Source of the DNA: the human T2T-CHM13v2.0 reference genome, Homo sapiens
Length of the DNA: 64,000 nt
NCBI RefSeq assembly: GCF_009914755.1
Contig: NC_060926.1
Strand: one strand, 5' to 3'
The translations under genes and the position numbers were made by a program. Below, piece after piece: positions 13,570 to 25,159 of the stretch (within the stretch, counting starts at the first letter, position 1; each line of letters starts with the position of its first letter). The notes beneath the pieces are model-generated. The model was not told the origin of the DNA, searched no databases, and worked only from the letters and a program-made list of their open reading frames with translations.

Positions 13570-14365
13570 ACAAAGGACCTGTGATAGCATTTGTTGAGTG
13601 CTTAATATTTTTATATGCATTATCTTTCTTAATCCTCACGACTACCTGATGAAGTAGATCTACCATGTCACTTTTTTTCCAGGTGTTTTGAAGCATAATA
13701 CATTGCCATACAAGTCACGCTTTGTTGGGGTAAAGTTTTAGAACCTTTGGCAAATGCATAAAGTCATGTAATCTCAGTCCAGTCAGCAGTCTCTTTACCC
13801 CAAAAAGTTCTCTGCTATCTTTGGAATTAATCCTTTCTCCTCTTTTAGAGCTCGTTGTAACCACTGATTTGCTTTGTGTCCTTCTGCTTTTGCTTTTTCC
13901 ATAATACCATATAGATGGAATCATACAACATATAGCCTTTTATTTTTAGATTTTTCATTTGCATAATGCATTTGATATTTATCCATGCTGTTATCAATGC
14001 AAACCTCCTTGGATGTTATTGGTAATTCATTTTTAAAGGAATTCTTGAATAATATCACAGCATACAGATGCACCAGAGTTTGTTTTCCCACTCACAAAGT
14101 AATGGATATTTGGATTTTTTTTTGGTGATTATGAATAAAGCCAGAGTAAAATATTGTGTCAGACTTTTTTATATGACTATATATTTACTGAGACTTTCTT
14201 TCATTTATCTTTGGATATTATCTATAAATGGGATCACTGTGTTGCATAGTAGATATATGCTTCATTTAATAATGAGGAAATCCAGCAATTAAAAGGTTAA
14301 ATTAGCAGAACTCCAATTTAAACAAAAGCAGTTTAGCCCCAAATTACATAGTTTTAACCATGACC
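13570..14365. mobile_element. MIR split by an antisense old L1 (L1MB/MC-like) 3' UTR fragment at ~13690-14270
   Basis: MIR-like ttaatcctcacgactacctgatgaagtag before and aatgaggaaa...aaggttaaatt after; L1 3'UTR motif atatagatggaatcatacaacatatagcc between. Confidence 0.65.
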
Positions 14366-15571
14366 TCCACATACTTGATCTAACATATCATTGTAAATAA
14401 TAATTTTTTAGATTGAATGCAATTTTTACTCTGATAACATATATCGTAAACATTGCCGTATATAAGAAAGGACCAGCAAAGATCAGGATTTGCTCTTTTA
14501 TGGCAGATGCTGCTCTTGGTACTTTTTTGTTTCTTTAAAACCTTTCTCCTATGTCTGGAATTAAACATTTTCTTTGTTTCTATATAAGATTAACATCTTC
14601 TCAAGAGCAAAATACATACACATACCCTTCCATGTGAAATCTTCTTTCTCTCTAGTGGCCACCCCAAGTTTAAGAAGGACCTCATGCCCAAAATAAAGTA
14701 AAAAAAGAAATCCTTAGATACTTTGGAGTCTAAACTGTTTGGCTTACAAATAAGGAATGAGCGTCTTTTGTAAGGTTACTGAGCAAATCCATAGCAGAAC
14801 TGATTTTAAACTGAGGATTTTGCATGCCCCCCAGATTATTCTCCAAACTGATAGTGTTTCTCTTATTGAATTCAGCATAAGCCAATAATCAAATATTTAT
14901 TGATGTCTACTAATATATTAGGTTATTTTGAAAAATACCACCAATATCATCGTCAATGCCATCTCCTGATAATGTTAACTCAATAACTCCCATTATAACA
15001 ACTTTTATTTACATTTTCTTCATTCTGTCACCTCTGAAGATGGCTATTTCAGCTTCATAGTAAGTGTCATTAAGGTCTCCAAAAGTTATGAGTTACATTC
15101 TTTTTCTTTGCCTAAACATTGGTTCTCAATGGAACCAATTATACAACAGCCTACATCTACTTACAATGGTTAAAACTCTGCTTTTCAACTGATTTTAAAT
15201 GTGCCCTAGTAAACATTTGAAAAGATAAAAATTATCAATTGCTAACCTTCTTTTTCAATACTTCTTTCCTCTTTCCTGTTTTTACTATTTTTCTTCCAGA
15301 ACTTATCAATTGCTTTTGTGGCAGCTTTTGGCTCAGGGACACTATTGAAAATTTAATCATGCTCAAATTTTACCCAGTGAAAACTTAATTGCTAACTTTT
15401 TCTCATTCAGATAGGACTTGTGTATTATTTAATAATCTTTAAACCAGGAAAAGCCTTAAAATTCTCTAAAGCACTAGGAAAAAAATTAGAAGTAAATTAT
15501 AGATAGCTTTGACAAATGTTCCCTCAGTAGAAATCTTTACATTATAAAGGTAAGAGGATATTTGGCTTTTT

Positions 15572-15842
15572 AAATTTCATGCTTTTTATTTTATTAAGTT
15601 CCAGAGTACATGTACAGGACGTGCAGGTTTGTTACACAGGTAAACATGTGCCATGGTGGTTTGCTGCACCTACCAACCCATTACCTAGGTATTAAGCCCA
15701 GCATGCATTAGCTATTTTTCCTGATGCTCTCTCCCTCGCGCCACCCCTTCCCAAAGGCCCCAGTGGGTGTTGTTTCCCTCCCTGTGTTCATGTGTTCTCG
15801 TTGTTCAGCTCCCCCTTATAAGTGGGAACACGTGGCATTTGA
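15572..15842 (-). mobile_element. 5'-truncated L1PA 3' end (~270 bp) with TSD
   Basis: gtacatgtacaggacgtgcaggtttgttacacaggtaaacatgtgccatggtggtttgctgcacc; TSD atatttggctttt at 15558 and 15843. Confidence 0.92.
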
Positions 15843-17984
15843 ATATTTGGCTTTTAAGGCTAGTTCTGCTCCTGTTCACTTTGGTTATCCACCTATTTGT
15901 GGAAGACCTATGGGAAAATTTTAAAAGATTAGCTTATTTTCTTCTTTACCCACAGTCTAAATTGTCTCTTCTCCTTTACGTTTGTGCATTTTAAAGTATT
16001 GTGATATAGTTCTCCATTAAATTAGAAAATATATAAACTAAGCTACCACTATCTGAATTAGGGAATGATTTTTGATAATATTTATTTTTTAAATCTTTGT
16101 GTTAAAAGCAATTATAAAAAAAAACAATCACACATATGCTTATGGTTCAGGGTTCAGCAGATTGGGAGGATTTTGGATTTGGGTTCACTGGTTAGGTCAG
16201 TGGAAGTTTCTGCTAACTCTAGAAACACTTTAACAACTTTTGTGAGGCTAATGCAGCAGTCAGACAAAGCTAATTTATCTCCATGGCTTTCTGTTCTTCT
16301 AGGGTGACAGTTTGTCAGTTTGACTTCCCATTTAAAGGTCAAAGCAGTGCACCTTAATTGATGGTGGGTGGAAAATGTCTTGAGAAGATTATAACCTTCA
16401 GCTTGCTTAGGAATTTGGTAACTGATGTTTGCTAAACTTCATTTGCTTTACTCCCCAACCCTCACCTCAAAATTTTATGTCTGTGAACAAAGTGGAGCTG
16501 GTTTATTATACCAACCTGCTTATCCCCATAACTAAACTATAAATCTATACATTAACCAGTATACAATATAATATGCCTGTATGGTCAGCACTGAAAAGAT
16601 CATAGGAAATGATTTGCTAGCTAGCATGGAAGATCGTATTAACTTAGGCCATAGGAACACTGCACTGTAAGTAACAGACCCTACGTAATGCCTTACAGGT
16701 CTAAAATGATTAAGTGATTACAAAGCATTCACAGAACTACTGCTACTACTATTTATAACAATGAGTTAAATGATTTTTATGTGCACTTGTCACCAGGCTA
16801 AGTGACTTACAAGCATTGTCTCATTTAATCTTTACTAAAATCCCATATATTATATTTTGTAATATAATTATATTGCATTAAAATATATTATCACTATTTA
16901 ATGGACTGAATATTTGCATCCTCCACAAAGTTCATATATTGAAGACTGAGGTGGTTTGGCTGCATCCCCACCCAAACCTCATCTTGAACTGTAACTCCAC
17001 AATTCCCACGTCATAGGAGAAACCCAGTGGGAAGTGACTGAATTATGGGGGTGGGTCTTTCGTGTGCTGTTCTCGTGATAGTGAATGAGTCTCACAAGAT
17101 CTGATGGTTTTAAAAATGGGAATTTCTCTGAAGCAGCTCTTTCTTTGCCTGCTGCCGTCCACATATGATGTGACTTGCTCCTCCTTGCCTTCAACCATAA
17201 TTGTCAGGTCTCCCCAGCCATGGGGAACTGTAAGTTCAATAAATCTCTTTCTTTTGTAAATTGCCCAGTCTCGGGTATGTCTTTATCTGCAGCATGAAAA
17301 CAGTCTAATAAATACAGTAGAGTATTGTTGAAAAGATACCTGAAAATGTGGAAGCGACTTACTTTGGAACTGGGTAACAGGCAGAAGTCAGAACACTTTG
17401 GAGGGCAGAAACACGTGGGAAAGTTTGGAACTTCCTAAAGACTCATTGAATGAATGGCTTTGACAAAAATGCCCATACTGATGTGAACAATGAGGTCCAG
17501 GCTGAGGTGGTCTCAGACGGAGATGAGGAACTTACTGAGAACTGGAGTGAAGGTAACTCTTGTTATGTTTTAGCAAAGAGACTGGTGGCATTTTGCCCCT
17601 ACTCTAGATTTGTGGAACTTTGAACTTGAGAGAGACGATTTAGGGTATCTGGCAGAAGAAATTTCTAAGCAGCAAAACATTCAAGAGGTGACTTAGGTAT
17701 TGTTAAAGGCATTGAGTTTTACAAGGGAAGCAGAGTAAAAAAGTTTGAAAAATTTGCAGCCTAACAATGTGATTGAAAAGAAAATCCCATTTTCTTAAGA
17801 GAAAATTCAAGCCAGCTGCAGAAATCTGCAAAGTAAGGAGGAGCTGAATGTTAATCCCCAAGACAATAGGGAAAAGGTCTCCAGGGCATGTCAGAGGTCT
17901 TCATGGAAGCCCCTCCCATAAGAGGCCTGGAAGCCTAGAAAGAAAACAGGGTTTCCTGGATCAGGCCCAGGGTCCCCATGCTAT

Positions 17985-18692
17985 GTGCAGCCTAGGGACT
18001 TGGTTCCCTGTGCCTCAGCCACTCCAGCCATGGCTGAAAGGGTCCAACATAGAGCTTGGCCTGTGGCTTCTGAGAGTGCAAGCTCCAAGCCTTGGCAGCT
18101 TCGATGCCGTGTTGAGCCTGCAAGTACACAGAATACCAGAATTGGGGTATGGGAACCTCCACCGAGATTTCACAAGATACATGGAAATGCCTGGATGGCC
18201 AGGCAGAAGTTTGCTGCAGAGGCAGGGCATTCATGGAGAACCTCTGCTAGGGCATTGCAGAAGGGAAATGTGGGGTCAGATCCCCCCTACAGAGTCCCTA
18301 CTGGGGTACCACCTAGTGGAGCTGTGAGTAGAGGGCCACAATCCTCCAGGCCCCAGAAAGGTAGATCCACTGACAGCTTGCACCATGTGCCTGGAAAAGC
18401 TGCAGACATTCAACACCAGCCTGTGAAAGCAGCCAGGAGGGAGGCTGTGCCCTGCAGAGCTATGGGGGCAGAGCTGCCCAAGACCATGGGAACCCACCTC
18501 TTGCGTCAGTGTGACCTGGATACTAGACATGGAGTCAAAAGAGATCATTTTGGAGCTTTAAGATTTTACTGTCCTGCTGGATTTTGGAATTGCATGGGGC
18601 CTGCAGCCCCTTTGTTTTGTCCAACTTCTCCCATTTGGAATGACTCTATTTACCCAATGCCCATACCCCCGTTGTATATAGGAAGTAACTAA
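17985..18692 (+). pseudogene. Residual open segment (235 codons) of the THE1-int ORF
   Basis: ORF track; lies wholly within THE1-int; non-ATG start; recurrent MaLR peptide motifs (QPRDLVPC, WEPPPRF, LPKTMGTHLL). Confidence 0.6.
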
Positions 18693-18942
18693 CTTGCTTA
18701 TGATTTTACAGGCTCATAGATGAAAGAAACTTGCCTTGTCTCAGATGAGATGTTGGACTGTGGACTTTTGAGTTCATGCTGAAATGAGTTAAGACTCTGG
18801 GGGACTGTTAGGAAGGCATGATTGGTTTTGAAATGTGTGGACATGAGATTTGGGAGGGGCCAGGCTGTTTCCCTACCCAAATCTCATCTTGAATTGTAAC
18901 TCCCACAATTCCTACATGTTGTGGGAAGAACCCGGTGGGAGA

Positions 18943-18953
18943 TGATTGAATTA
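18943..18953 (-). promoter_or_regulatory. DUX4-type motif in THE1 3' LTR
   Basis: tgattgaatta; reverse complement taattcaatca matches TAAYYBAATCA. Confidence 0.5.
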
Positions 18954-20041
18954 TGGGGGCGGGTCTTTCCTGCACTGTTCTTGTGAATGAGTCTCATGAG
19001 ATCTGATGGTTTTAAAATGAGAGTTTCCCTGCACAAGTTCTCTTTGCTGGCCGCCATCCATGTATGACATAACTTGCTTCTCCTTGCCTTATGCCATGAT
19101 TGAGAGGCCTCCCCAGCCATGTGGAACTGTAAGTCCAATAAACCTCCTTCTTTTGTAAATTGCCTAGTCTTGGGTATTTCTCTATCAGCAGTGTGAAAAT
19201 GGACTAATATAAAAGCCTTAGCCCCTAATGTAACACTATTAGGAAATAGGGCTTTAAGGAAGTACTTACATTAAGATGAGATCATGAGGGTGAGGTCTTC
19301 AGGTTGGCATTAGTGTCCTTATAAGAAGAGAAAAGAGAGGATATTTTGTCTTGCTCACTCCCCCCCCAGCATTTTTTTTTTTTTTTTTGGCTATGTCAGG
19401 ATACAGCAAAAAGGCAATCAGCCACTCACTAAGAGGGCCTTCACCAGAACCTGACCATTCTTGCATCCCAATCTTCAGAGTAAAAAGAAATTTATGTTGT
19501 TTAAGCTACCCCATTCTCCATCTATAGTATTTCATTATAACAGCTAAGCTGACTAAGATACTTCATTATTTGTGTGAGGAAACTGAGACTAGATAGGCTG
19601 AAAATAATTTATTAAACTCGCATAGGTAGTAATGATGCCAGTGGAGACAGAGCATAGGCCCAGGCCTTAATGGATCAAAAGCCATGTTTTTATTTTGGGT
19701 TTTGTGTGTGTTTGTGGTTTTTTGCACAGAGGTAGGTATAGCAGTACTAAAGACAGATGTAGCAACCCCATAGTTTCCTCCCAAAAACTTTCTATGGAAC
19801 ATAGTAAGGGCCGAAGTTGAGATATCACTCCATTTGTTTATTCATTTACTCCATTTTTGGCTTTTCATATCAGAAGACATACTAGTGTAGATGATGATGT
19901 GTCTAACACATAAAGGCAACTATTAAAGCAGTAAAGATACACTATAGAATGCTGGCAATTCTACTTTTGTTTGCACCTGACACTTTTCCTGTATGACTCA
20001 TACTATTCTATGTAATACTATGTTAGTCTAAGTAATTATCC

Positions 20042-20180
20042 TTTTTTTTGGGGTGGGGGATGGGGTGGCAAGGCCTTGCAATCTTGCCCAGGCTATACTT
20101 GAACTCCTGTCCTCAAGCAATCCTCCTACCTCAGTCTCACAAAGAGCTGGGATTATAGGCATGGGCCTCTACTCCTGGCC
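20042..20180 (-). mobile_element. FLAM / Alu left monomer
   Basis: ttgcccaggct...ttgaactcctgtcctcaagcaatcctcctacctcag...gctgggattataggcatg...cctggcc. Confidence 0.85.
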
Positions 20181-20369
20181 AGCAATCATCTAATATATTG
20201 TCAGGCTTGTACAAATTGAGTATGGTAAACAATTTCAATCTTAGGTCCAAGTAGGGCAAAATGCTCCCTTTCTTATCTAAGAAAATCATTGATTTTCTTT
20301 TTTTTTTCCCCCACAATTACTCTCTTCTCTTAACACAACTTTCATATTTTCTTATGTCATGGAGATTCC

Positions 20370-22120
20370 AAACCATATTTGAGCAGGGAGAAAAATCAGT
20401 GCACTTGAAGATAAGACAATGGAAATTGAGTCTTGGAAGAAGAGGGAACAGATTCTGTGGGACACAGCAAACAGACCACCATGTGCATTGTGGGAATCCC
20501 CGAAGAAGAAGAAAAAGAAAATGGAATAAAATACTCAAAGAAATAGTGGCTAAAAACCTCTTAAATGAAAAAGATACAAGTACGAACATTAAAAAAATTC
20601 AAAACACATCAAAATGAAATCAAAGAGACCCACACTAAGACACTTTATAATCAATCTTTTTTGAAAGATAAAGACAAAAAGAAGATCTTAAAAGCAGCAA
20701 GATAACTGACTTACATACAAGAGATCAGCAATACCATTATCAGATTTCTCATGAGACATTTTGAAGGCCAGAAGGCATTGGACCTTGAAAATCTCCCAAG
20801 TGCTGAAAGAAAAAGCAAAAACAAAACAAAAAAACCCACAAAAACAAAACAAAACAAAATAGCCACAAAAAATGCTGTCAACCAAGAATCCTATAGAAAA
20901 TCTGTCCTTCAAATGTAAGAAATTAAAACATTTTTAGATGAACAAAGCTTTGGGAATTTATTACCACTAGACCTACTCTACAGAAAAGTTTCAAGGGACT
21001 TCTACAAAATGAAATAACACTAGACAGTAATTTGAAGCCATATAAAGAAATAAAGATGTCAACAAAGGTAAGAACATGAGCGATTATAAAACTAGTGTTA
21101 TTGTAATGGTTTGTACTTTTACTTTTTGATTTCTACATAATTTAATTAATACATTAAAAATAATTTTAAAAGCTAGTTTTGTTATAGCTTTAGTTTGTAA
21201 CTCCACATTTTGTGTTTTTTAAAATATAATTTAAGACTAATACATTTAAAAGAATTATTCGTTTCTTTGGGGGCATGCAGTGTATACCAGTGTAGTTCTA
21301 TCACATAAGTGACTAAAAGAGGTGAGTACAAAGCTGCAAAGTTTTTGCATGTTATTCATGTTAAATTGATACAAAGTTAATATAGAATATTATAGCTTTA
21401 GAATATTAAATGTAATCCACATGGTAACATGTATATATACAACAGGAAGTAAGAAATTTAAACATGTCACTACAAAATAAACAGAAGAGGAAAAATAGAG
21501 AAAAATCAAAAAACCCAAAAGTTATTTCTTTGAAAAGATGAACAAAATGAATGAAACATTAGTCTAGCACTAAAAAAAAGAAAAGACTCAAATTGCTAAA
21601 ATCAGAATTGAAAATGGGTATGTTACTCCTGTTTCTAAAGAAAATAGGACTCTGGATAATTACATAGCAACAATTGGATAATCTAGATAAAATGAACACA
21701 TTTCTAGAAACACAAAATCTAGTAGGAGTAAGTCATGAAAAAATAGAAAATCTAAATAAATCTGTAACTATTAAGGAGATTGAATTCATAATCCAACATC
21801 TGCTGACCAAGAAAAAGAAAAGAAAGCCCTAAACCTGGGCTTTTTGGTGAACTTATTTCTTTGTTGAATTAAGCTAAACAGTTAAAGAAGAACACCAATC
21901 TTTAAGTTTTCTGGAAAACTGAAGAACAGGAAATATTTCCCGATTTACTCTATCAGGCCAACATTACTCTGATCTAAGACAAGGATGCTAATAAAATTAT
22001 AGGCCAAGATATCTTATAAACATTAATGCAAAATTTCTCAGCAATATACTAACAAATTCAGCAATATAATTTAACATATGCAAATTGATCAATATAATAG
22101 ACTGCATTAATAGAATATAT
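20370..22120 (+). mobile_element. Old L1M fragment (ORF1 3' part, inter-ORF region, ORF2 pieces with internal deletions)
   Basis: agagacccacactaagacact, cagatttctcatgagacattttgaaggccagaagg, ggataatctagataaaatgaacacatttctagaaacac. Confidence 0.8.
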
Positions 22121-22519
22121 ATTTAAAAATATATGTGTATGTAAAATTTTATCTTTGACCCCCAAGTTGTTTAGAATTCTTACTAATTCTTAAACATGAG
22201 AGTTTTATTCTCTCTCTCTGTTATTTCTAATTTAATTTTATAACAAACAATGAATATGATCTGGTAAGATAAGACTTAAAGTGTATTTTTTTGCTGCTTT
22301 GTGGTTTAGCTTGTGATCAATTTTTATAGTCTGTGTTGTAAAAAAAAGAATGTATATCGCCCATTTATGAAGATCAACATCCCATGTTAATTTTGTTGTT
22401 TAAATCTTCCATAGCACCTTTAAACTTCATTTATTTTTTCCTTCTTGATCTATTAATATTCAAAAGATATTTATTCAATCTCCCTTTAATCCCATCATGT
22501 TTTACTGCTTTCTGAATAA

Positions 22520-22730
22520 CTTCTACAGATCTTTCAGTTTACTAGTTCATTCTTTACCGTGGTCTAATAGAAATTTAAATGTGGGAATGATTAGTACATC
22601 CATCTTACATGTGAGAAAACTAAACTTCAGAGTAACTTGGCTAAGAAAGTACATTTGGTATTTAATGGTTGAACCAGAGTCTAATTATACAGGGCTTCAA
22701 AATCTATTCAGCTTTATCCCTAACACAATA
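22520..22730. mobile_element. MIR fragment
   Basis: catccatcttacatgtgagaaaactaaacttcagagtaacttggctaag. Confidence 0.55.
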
Positions 22731-24069
22731 AAGAACATTTTTCTAAAGAACAAGAAAGAATTGGATTGATATTCTAGCAATCACATAGAGACACCTAGCT
22801 AGAATGATAATATTGGGGATTCAGCTTCATTTGAAACCAGCTGATTACATTTGTTGCCATGAGGGTTTCTGAGCTAAACTCACAGCTTTGAACTCTGTGT
22901 GGACCAGTTTATTTGTTCAGGGACCCTGAAATTCTATCAAAACTATGCACTAACAGGCACATGTAGAACCAATGTAAAAGTGCATTTGGGGGAGTAGGGA
23001 AGAGCTTAAGGTATTTTCCTGTCAAACTCTTCAATATTCTTGGCCTCAGAAAATAGATCAGAATAATATATTTTTTTAAATGCTTGCTACTCTGCAACCT
23101 CCAGATTCTTGAAAAGGATAGATAAATTGAGATTTACTTGGAGATTTGCTTCCCTACTATTTTGCCTTTGTTAGTCAGTTTACAGAGGAAACTTATTAGC
23201 TTTTGTGATAAAAGATTCTTCATAGTTCTATCTGCAATGGAATGTTTTTACTTGAATAGAAATAGATCAATAGAAAAATATGTGATTTTAGCTTTTCTAC
23301 CTACAGATTCTATCAATTATAAAACAAACATTTGAAGTAGATTGTCTTCTGCTCCCCTTAACAGAAAAAATTTCATTGACTTGCAATTTTATTGATCCTT
23401 GAGGTTGCTCTGCACTTTGCTAGTATTAAGAACCCTGGGGAATGAGAAGCTATTAGAAATTCTGATTCCATGCACGAGAAATCCACCCATTTCCCCTCTC
23501 ATATTTACACCTGCCAATATTTTTCTCATTTGCTTCAGAGTGTGATAAATTTAGGCATCTTTTAGCATGCTATTCTTCATGTAATTCTATCATCCACACA
23601 AACTTCTTTTTAACGTAAGCCATTAAGCATTATGAAGTTTCAATAGATGGCACCTACATAGCAGTATTGGACTATAATATTAAGTTCACTAAAGAAATCA
23701 TACTTGCTGAAACTCCTTTATCCACTTGATATAAAAGGCTATATAAGATAGAATATATCAATATTTTCAAATTACAGCATGTGGGAACTATTCACTGATC
23801 AATACTCTGTATACCTTAATACTATCTAGAAAATCCACACTGAAGATTTTTATTTCTTATTTTAACCTGTTATTTTAGGTCTTGAACCTTCTGTTAGTCT
23901 CCATCTCCAACTGTGACCTTATTGTGTTTTTTAAGCCAAGAGCAGAATGTAATCAATGGGACATGATATTAAAGTTACTGTAATCACTGTTTTGAAAGTT
24001 ATTCCATATATATGATCAGAATAACAAGTTCTGTTAAATCATAGCTATAGATACCATAAATCTTTTGAT

Positions 24070-25150
24070 TCACGCATTTATTCATTTACTCAGTTAACAG
24101 CATAGATTGAATAGATTCTAGGTGCTCAGCACTTGGTTACATACTCGGGACACCAAAATAGTATATTATGATTACTTCGATAAAAAGTTAAAGAAATTTA
24201 ACTATTTAAAATTAAGGAAAAGGGTAGAAAATCATTTATTCACTCACTTCTCTAGAAAATGTACAGTTAACCTTTGCTTTCAGCTATGGTGAGATCCAGT
24301 AAAATAATACTCTCCAAAGTTTACCTTATTTTCTCTATATTCCTGCTCTTCTTCCTCTACAACACACAGACAAAATGGCCATAGCATTTGTTACCTTCCA
24401 GGTTTATGTTTAACACATAATTCATAATCTCAGTTGACTTCTCTCATGATCATTCCAGAAAGTATCACAAGGGATTTTCTAATTACTACTTTTCTATATT
24501 GAGTCACTTGCTCATTCTTTAATCAGACTATGGCTAGGAGGTTAAAATGTTCTGATGATTCTATTTTGGTTCATGAGTTCACCCCTAATGTTAGTATCAG
24601 AAATGTACACATTCATATTTCATAATGACTACGAATGAAAGTGTTGGTTCTGTTAACCAGTCAGCAAAGACAGAGCTTGAAGGGCTCCAGCTGTTATGGT
24701 GTTCTTACACATACACACACTCATATACACAGAAAAAGAAGTAATACATGCCAATCAACTATATATGTTCCTGCCTTGTTCTCAGAGATGCCAAAGCTTG
24801 CCTGAGGATGTTAATTTTAACCTGACCTATCATAAATTAATAGGATCTAGCCAAAAAGGTAAATGAGATTGCTCATGGGAAGTATTATAGGTGACGAGAA
24901 TAAAATATTTAAAATCCCTAAGGTTGGAAGGATATTGACTCATTCAGGAAGCTTAATGAGAGCTAGTAAATCTAGAACACAAAGCATTTGATAGAGAGTA
25001 TCAGAAGGTAATGCTAAAGAAACACATAGATAACTCTATGTCTGTTGTACCAGGAAATGTAGATACTTTATATTTTCATTGGAAGAAGAAATAGTCACCA
25101 TTTCTTATTTTAAAATACAGATATAACAATCAAATAAGCAATTTTGGAAA
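24070..25150. mobile_element. L2 fragments (~24070-24170 and ~24790-25150)
   Basis: catttattcatttactcag...gtgctcagcac (L2 3' end like) and purine-rich L2 body. Confidence 0.5.
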
Positions 25151-25159
25151 AACACAAAA

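Larger units (their letters stand above)
16947..19211 (+). mobile_element. THE1 (THE1B/C-like) MaLR provirus: 5' LTR ~16947-17316, internal region, 3' LTR ~18864-19211
   Basis: Two similar ~350-bp LTRs (ggtttggctg...cccacccaaa...ggactaata(c/t)a) around typical THE1-int (gaaaatgtggaagcgactt, tttggaactgggtaacaggcaga). Confidence 0.95.
16893..19560 (+). mobile_element. MLT1 (MaLR) LTR, split by the THE1 provirus (pieces ~16893-16946 and ~19212-19560)
   Basis: atggactgaatatttgcatcctccacaaagttcatatattgaag continues as agccttagcccctaatgtaacactattaggaaatagggc...gactaagata. Confidence 0.8.

Noticed and set aside
20049-20068. G-rich run as possible G-quadruplex
   Set aside because: Only three long G tracts, lying in the decayed tail region of a FLAM; no evidence of function.
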